From positions 4,082,722-4,146,721 of the forward strand of contig OZ037766.1 in the NCBI GenBank assembly GCA_964035545.1: a stretch of DNA of 64,000 nucleotides, given 5' to 3'. This document shows positions 57,099 through 64,000 of the stretch, one piece after another. Made by a program: the position numbers and the translations under genes. The notes beneath the pieces are model-generated. The model was not told where the DNA came from, did no database searches, and saw only the letters and a program-made list of their open reading frames with translations. The stretch's first letter is position 1; each line of letters starts with the position of its first letter. Origin of the DNA: Bugula neritina. Taxonomy: Eukaryota; Animalia; Bryozoa.

Positions 57099-58131
57099 TG
57101 CTTCTTGTTGGTCCACTCATAACCTGTTATTGTCTTTCACTTATAGACATAATATTATAGCCTATATCGACCGATACATACCCAACTGTGTGCTTGATTG
57201 TGATCACATCACTTATCTTTCAGTTTCAATGTAGTGCAAGCATTGTCAAAGTCTTTTGACATCACATTTGTACTACCACCTTCAGTATTGTTCATCACAC
57301 CTGCTGTCCACTTGCATGATCACTAATTTGTAACTTGAAGCTATATACAAAGCAACACTTTAATCACAATAATTTAAGCCCATTTTTTAGCGAAGAAGAT
57401 CAGTAAATTGCAGGAAATACAAATAATTCAAAGTAATTTCCTCTTGCTTTCCACCTCTCATCATACTTTATACCCCCCATCAATGAAAAACTCTACAGAA
57501 TTCAATTTTTGAAGTCTACTAATTGCAGCTTCCTATTCAACAATCCTGCTTCTTTAAGTCAGTTAGGGAGGAGCATGTACCCAACTATTTTTATGAAAAT
57601 CTGCCCAGAATTGGTGGCATGTTGGTTGAGAAGGGCCACAGAAAGCTAGTAGCAAAATTCTGCCTGCTAGCTGCTTTATTAAAGCATTTTGTGTATTATG
57701 TGTTTCCCTATGACTTTAAATTACTTTGGAATGAAATAATGCTAGCGAGCTATAAAACCATCGTCTTTTATTGCAAATATTATATGTGGTTGGATAAAAA
57801 TTTATATATATAATAATCATATTGTTACAACCAATCATAACAATATAAAATTGTACAAAAGATCTTTGAATATTGACATTGGCTTTATTTATTAATAATA
57901 GTTTCCCTTGGTAGGCTACAAAGAATGCCTATTAACTTGGTGGAATCCTGTACCATATTTAAAACTTATGCAGTCTGACTGATAGACTGGTGGAGGATCA
58001 TATATTTTATTTTCATAATAAAACAGAAAGAGTGACAATTTAAAATAATTGCTAATTAATAGATTAATTAGCAATTAAGTGCTTTAATTAATTAAAACTT
58101 ATGCAATTTTTTCCTACATCTAAGCAAAACC

Positions 58132-61100
58132 TTAATTCTTAGGCACTTTGGGCTTTTTCTTTTTCTTTTTGCTAACTGCGGCTGGATCAGTCTCTGGAAT
58201 TGTAATTTTTCTCTTTTTGGAGTTGTCTTCAGTTCTACAAGAAAGTGTTGCATATTATTATTAACTGCTATACAATTATTGTACAATTTTGTTCACCTTA
58301 GCTATCAATACAAAGCATACTTATACTAGTAGCCATAATGTAACAGAACAAAGTATTTTTTGTAAATTTAATAACTATTGCAGCCAATGCAAGTAATTTA
58401 CAGATCAGCTAGAAGAAAATCAGATTGACAGTAGAGAAATCCCGACCTTTTAACACTGATGATGTTTGGCACTCGGCCAGTAGCAGAAAGAGCCGTGTCC
58501 CAGTCTTCTTCTCTTCCTTTTATCTTGTACTGTGCCAAGATGTCTTCTGTCAGCACTTGAGACTTGAACTGCTCTTTAGCTGCCTTTTGTGACTTTTCAT
58601 GGGCTGCAACTGCGTTGCTCTGCAAAAGAACAAACGAAATTATCTAAAATAGTCTTACAAAAGAAAAGACATGCAAATAAAATATTTATTGCTCCAAGTA
58701 ACTAGCTGCAAATATATTACTTTCTTTATTTGTTCCTACATAGCAAAGCATTGCTTAAGTTCAAATAATATTTTAACATTTTTCACATATGCTACCAGAT
58801 CACAATACAAACTGCTACACCTTTCTACGCAGCTATTTATTATTATGACAATATTTACCAGCTCTGGATCCTCCTCTACAGAAACGGGTTCCATAGTCAA
58901 CTCTTTTTTAGCCTGAGTTTTGTGCCCAACAGATTCCTCCAAAACACTATTCACCGACTGAAGAAAACAAAACAAGATAATTGGAGAGACAACTCTCATG
59001 CTATACAGCTTGATGATGGTATTTTATTGCTTACAGTCAGTGGAATCACGATGAGACAAGAATAAAAACACTGCAGTTTGTAGATAAGAAAACAAATGCC
59101 TACTGCAAGTAACCCAGAGTTGTCTCCTCTCACAGAGACTGTGTACACACATGTAGACACCTTATTTAATGTACAAATCTTGCATTATTAAGTCAATAAA
59201 ACAAAAAGAGTTGATAGTACCATAGATTTGTATACACCTGCTTATGATATGCAAACTCGATGAAACGCAATAAAACATTTATTATTATTTAGAGATATTT
59301 AATTTCTTGCAACTTTTATTAAAGAACACAACTTTCATTATTTTATAGAAATACAACTTTACAAAACATGTCTATTTAAAAAACCTGAGGGCAGATCATT
59401 TCACCTGATAACACTTTCTAATAACTTTGTTGAACAGTCCAAGGATCTGAGACGAAGGTAAGCCCAAGTCATTAGCAAGTTCTTCCACACTTTTGTGTTG
59501 TAATCCAATACCGAGTAACATAGCCTGCAGTCAACAATAGAACGTTTATATACACACATTTTATTAGAGCATAGTTTTTATTTTACAAAAACCTTTTGTA
59601 CAACTGAGTGCTCGAAGTAAACCACACCCAATATTTCAGAGATATTACCTGCTGCACAATGCTAAGTTTGACATCTGGCATCTTTCCAGTGAAGTATATT
59701 TTGGCTAGATGAGGCACCATGTCCATGATAAGGTGGTAGTCAACTAATTTGTCGGAGTACATCTTCAGTCTTTTCATATCGTACAGGGTAAGATAAAAAT
59801 AGAGTTCAGATGGGGAGAGTTCTGGAAATACAATAAAACATGACATGGTTACCATATATTAGATTTAGTAAGTGCAATCAGATGGTATCTTTCGTGTAAT
59901 TAGAATAAGATAAAACAAAGTACTACAAACTTCGTAAACAAGTGACAGGCAAGAATAGCGATAAACAAGTGCCATATAAGTGACAAGCAAGTGACATATA
60001 AGTGACAAGCAAGTGACAAGCAAGTGACAAGCAAGTGACATACAAGTGACATACAAGTGAGAGGCAAGTGACATATAAGTGACAAGCAAGTGACATACAA
60101 GTGACAAGCAAGTGACATACAAGTGAGAGGCAAGTGACATACAAGTGAGAGGCAAGTGACAAGCAAGTGACAAGCAAGTGACATATAAGTGACAAGCAAG
60201 TGACATATAAGTGACAAGCAAGTGACAAGCAAGTGACATACAAGTGACAAGCAAGTGACATACAAGTGACATACAAGTGACATACAAGTGAGAGGCAAGT
60301 GACATACAAGTGACAAGCAAGTGACATACAAGTGACAGGCCAGTGACATACAAGTGAGAGGCAAGCTAGAGGCAAGTGATAGACCAAGTAACTGACGAGT
60401 GATAAAGAGAAAAAACTATAGGTCTATACTTTGTAAGAAGTAAGAAGAGACCTTTCAGACTACTGGGGGTATATTATTAGAATAATGGCGGACAAGAAGT
60501 AAACACACTCTATGCATATGACTTACTGCAGCTGCTGTCGACGCTTGCATCTATTTCATCAGATTCCAGAACAGCTCTCGGCTTCTGTAGAAGATTCAGA
60601 GCTACGGAGGGCTGATAATTCTTAAACTGATAGGAGAGCAGAGAAATAAACCGTCTTTGAAAGTCTAAAAGTACACAGAATAAACCCAATTATAATAAGG
60701 CTGCCTTTATATTCATGGTTAGAGTCTAGACTCTATCTGGTCTAAATATTTCACAACAAGAAACTGTATATGTGTTTTGCTGTATTGCACGAAAGGTATG
60801 TGTAACTGACCTTGATTGAATGCCTTCAGCCATGATGACTCATCATCTCTCTTCTCTTCTTCATTCAGTATTTTCAACATGATACAGGAATTCTCCCCAG
60901 TCAGTGCGTTCTATTATATACAACACTAGTTATGATATAATATATAGCATCCCAGGTCAAATGTATTACTTGTAATATATCATAAGAAAATTTACCTGCG
61001 TCTGTCTCAAGTAAACAGGAAGGAAGCCACACTTCTTCCAGAATCTCAGGAGATCTGATGTCAACCCATAAGATACACCCAGATAGTCTAGAGGCTCTGG

Positions 61101-63245
61101 TTTTCTCTCAGACAGTTTAGAGAAAAGGGGAGGCAATTCCATTCGATTCCTAGGTTTAATTATCTCATCCAGTAGGTTTGAAGCCTTAAAACACAACCAT
61201 TGAAAACATGGAACTCAGCGGACAAAAGCTAGATCTCGTAAAAAATGATCAGCTACTAAGACCTGTACATTGAGCTATACCTATAGATTATTATGATTAA
61301 AGTATAAAAAAAAGATTATTGAAGCAAGGCCGTGTAACTCAAGCAGAGAAGGTGTGATTCACCAACAGAAGACAGGAAGTACACAGACCTCTGCTTGTAC
61401 AGCTTTAGGTGTTGTCACTTTAGTGGTTTCCTCCAAGTTCGGCATTTTACCTTCATAATACAATTGCAGGAGTTTCAGGGCTTGCCTACCATATCCCATC
61501 TAAAAACCAGTAACATGATGAATAGAAATATAAATTCTTTCCAGTCCAAATCTAGATTTCACAAGACAAGCAAATATATTTTAATAGGTTGTATCAGAGC
61601 ATTTCTAATAAGATTCAGCTTTCCAATGACACGATTTGGTATATAAGCACTTGATTACTTGACAATACATTTAGTTACTTGACAGATTACTCAGTTACTT
61701 GACAGAGTACTCAGTTACTTGACAGAGTACTCAGTTACTTGACAGAGTACCCAGTTACATGACAGAGTACTCAGTTACATGACAGAGTACTTAGTTACAT
61801 GACAGAGTACTCAGTTACTTGACAGAGTACTCAGTTACATGACAGAGTACTTAGTTACATGACAGAGACACACCTATTGCTAAGACCCGTTACACAGGTA
61901 ATCTAAAGCAACAAAACTCAAGTCTAAAACTTGCCAAAATAAAATTGAGTTAGCAGTAGACTTACTCTCTGATAATCAGGATGGGTGGCAATCCTCACTA
62001 CCCTAGCCCCAGACATCTGAGCAAACTTATCATCCTGGAACTGTTGAGAGATGGTCCAGGGGATGAGGTCACCACTTGCCCTTTGACCTCTGTGTAGACT
62101 GTTCAAGATAGCTTTCTGGGAGAGTTCACCTTCTATACACACCTACACACCAGCAGTATAGTGACCTTAGCAATACGTAGTAGGTTACTGTCCAGCAAGT
62201 TCTGACTACTTTATAACATCTTGAAATTGAGTTAACTTTAATATTATCAGTAAGTAGATTTAGCACAAAGCTTATTTCAATTTTGAAATCTTATCCTTAA
62301 TTTAAATAATATAGAAAATTGAAATATTTCTATTACATATGATCTTTGGCAGGGTTGAACAGCTATTAAAATATGAATTGTTCATGCTGCTTATAAAAAC
62401 TAAATCTCCTGATAGGAATAGTAACTGTAAACACAGTTAGTTGATTGCTGACTGACTTGCAAGACTACTAGTGCTTCAGGCAGCGACGTCTTAAAGTTTC
62501 CTGGTGGTGACAGCACAAATATATGGTGTGAGGGTGAATCAGAGAGCATCTGCAGATCATTAGGTGAATTCTGCAAACAAGGCATTACTGAGCATTCAAC
62601 TGTGAAAAAATAAGGTTTAGCAAAACCAATAAATATTTACATACAAATTTATATATTATACAAGTTTGACGTATAGGTATCACCAACTCATTTTAGCAAT
62701 TTAGCAATTACATTTTCTTACGTATCAATTATATAGCATGAAGCCAGCACTTACCTTGTAGTGACTGGATACGTAGAGACTCATAATAGTTTGCAGGAAA
62801 TCTTCAGATGCTTTGTGGAATGAGAACAGAGTGTCTCTGTAAAATAATAAATGTGATGAACAGTGCATACTTGTTGAGCATACCAATCTTCTCACTTGCT
62901 CTAGAAACATGTGGCTTCAAAGCTGGAATTTCACCTCAGCACTTGGACAACGTTGAGCAAAATAGGCCAAAGAATAATTAATACTCTGGAATATTACAGA
63001 AACCAATTACAAGTGATGACACATAAACTATAGAGTTAGAACACAGAAGAAAATAATGTAGCAAGAGCAGTGAGGATACCCAGAGTAATTTAATTTGTCA
63101 TAGAGTAAAGAAGACTGGCAAAGATCATAGAGCTGGATGACCAAAAGATAACATGATAACAAGCTTGATAGATGATGTGGTGTGTGTGCGTGTGGTGTGT
63201 GTGCGTGTGGTGTGTGCGAGTGTGTGTGCGCGCGTGTGTGTGTGT

Positions 63246-63277
<32 letters not shown>

Positions 63278-63453
63278 GAGTTGTTACCTGTTCACATAAT
63301 ATAAATCACAATTATCTGGTGAGGGACAACCAGAGCTAATGCTAGTCACTTCAGTAGCATCCAAACAGAGTAACTGGTTAAGCCACGCCTCTACCAAATC
63401 TCCTTCCGCATAACGTATAGACTCCTTGAGTGATAATTCGTGCAGCTGTCGAC
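58132..63453 (-). CDS. NAT10: RNA cytidine acetyltransferase NAT10/Kre33 (3' portion; 5' exons lie beyond the window)
   Basis: Exon peptides ESIRYAEGDLVEAWLNQLLCLD, DTLFSFHKASEDFLQ..YVSSHYK, NSPNDLQMLSDSPSHHIFVL, RASGDLIPWTISQQF..SGARVVRIATHPDYQ, LDYLGVSYGLT..FWKKCGFLPVYLRQ, YDMKRLKMYSDKLVDYHLIMD; Lys-rich last exon 58132-58234. Confidence 0.95.
59940..60378. repeat. 11-bp (CAAGTGACATA/CAAGTGACAAG)n tandem repeat
   Basis: Direct inspection; accounts for the three CHLLVTC ORFs. Confidence 0.93.
61655..61866. repeat. 20-bp tandem repeat (GACAGAGTACTCAGTTACTT)n
   Basis: About 10 copies in a NAT10 intron. Confidence 0.92.
63175..63277. repeat. (GT)n-rich microsatellite
   Basis: Direct inspection. 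Confidence 0.9.
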
Positions 63454-63770
63454 CTAATGTAAAAACAATAGCTGAAAATAATATAAACGTTTGCAAGGCA
63501 ATCATATTTAGAAGCAGGCGATGTTTATATACAAAAGGAAGGGGAGACAAACCCTAATAAATATTGGAAAATCTGCTAAGGTCTGAAAATAAATAAAACT
63601 GTGTGAACCAAGTCATGGGACATGAGAATTGTGATCAATCTAACAATATTTTCTAAAATAATTTAAATTTAAGCGAGGAAACTTCAACCACAGATGAATC
63701 TGTATCTTACACACCTTTTTGTATAAAAAGTAAAACTGACATATACTCTATCAACCTCTCCATCCATTGT

Positions 63771-63801
<31 letters not shown>

Positions 63802-64000
63802 GTGCCAGCGGAGGCTGGTCTCCCTGACAAAGTTTCAGGAGGAATTTCTAAAGGGGTACAGGTCGTACCTGAGTGTCCCACCTACTTCTGTGGGACGCCG
63901 GGAATACATGATCTTCCCCAATTTCAAATAAGAAAATTCACCCAAGAACAATTTCCCTTTTGCTGCCAAAAAAATTTGTTTTCAGGAAAAAACTTTTTTG

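Noticed and set aside
59865-60387. Three Cys/His-rich ORFs resembling metal-binding repeats
   Set aside because: Artefact of an 11-bp intronic tandem repeat that is open in all three frames.

Overview
AT-rich, intron-rich animal (invertebrate-like) genomic DNA. Protein genes reconstructed by hand from splice sites: ZSWIM8 (minus, 5' part), RPS14 (plus), a PSD/EFA6-like Sec7-PH gene (minus), a four-TM DUF4728/Pasiflora-like membrane protein (plus), a 14-exon class II xylose isomerase (minus), LRRC56 (plus) and the 3' part of NAT10 (minus). RNA genes are U6 snRNA and five C/D box snoRNAs of two families. The most notable items are: (i) a 6,090-bp LTR retroelement in xylose isomerase intron 1 with two apparently identical 474-bp LTRs and a TTAG target-site duplication, no pol, one Gag-like ORF ending in a hydrophobic segment, and structured non-coding RNA elements; (ii) an apparently non-coding spliced snoRNA host just downstream of RPS14 that looks like a partly decayed RPS14 duplicate; (iii) a Sec7 domain lacking the catalytic glutamate; (iv) several tandem arrays seeded on exon-end/5' splice-site sequences. 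All coordinates and alignments were done by eye; no database searches were run.
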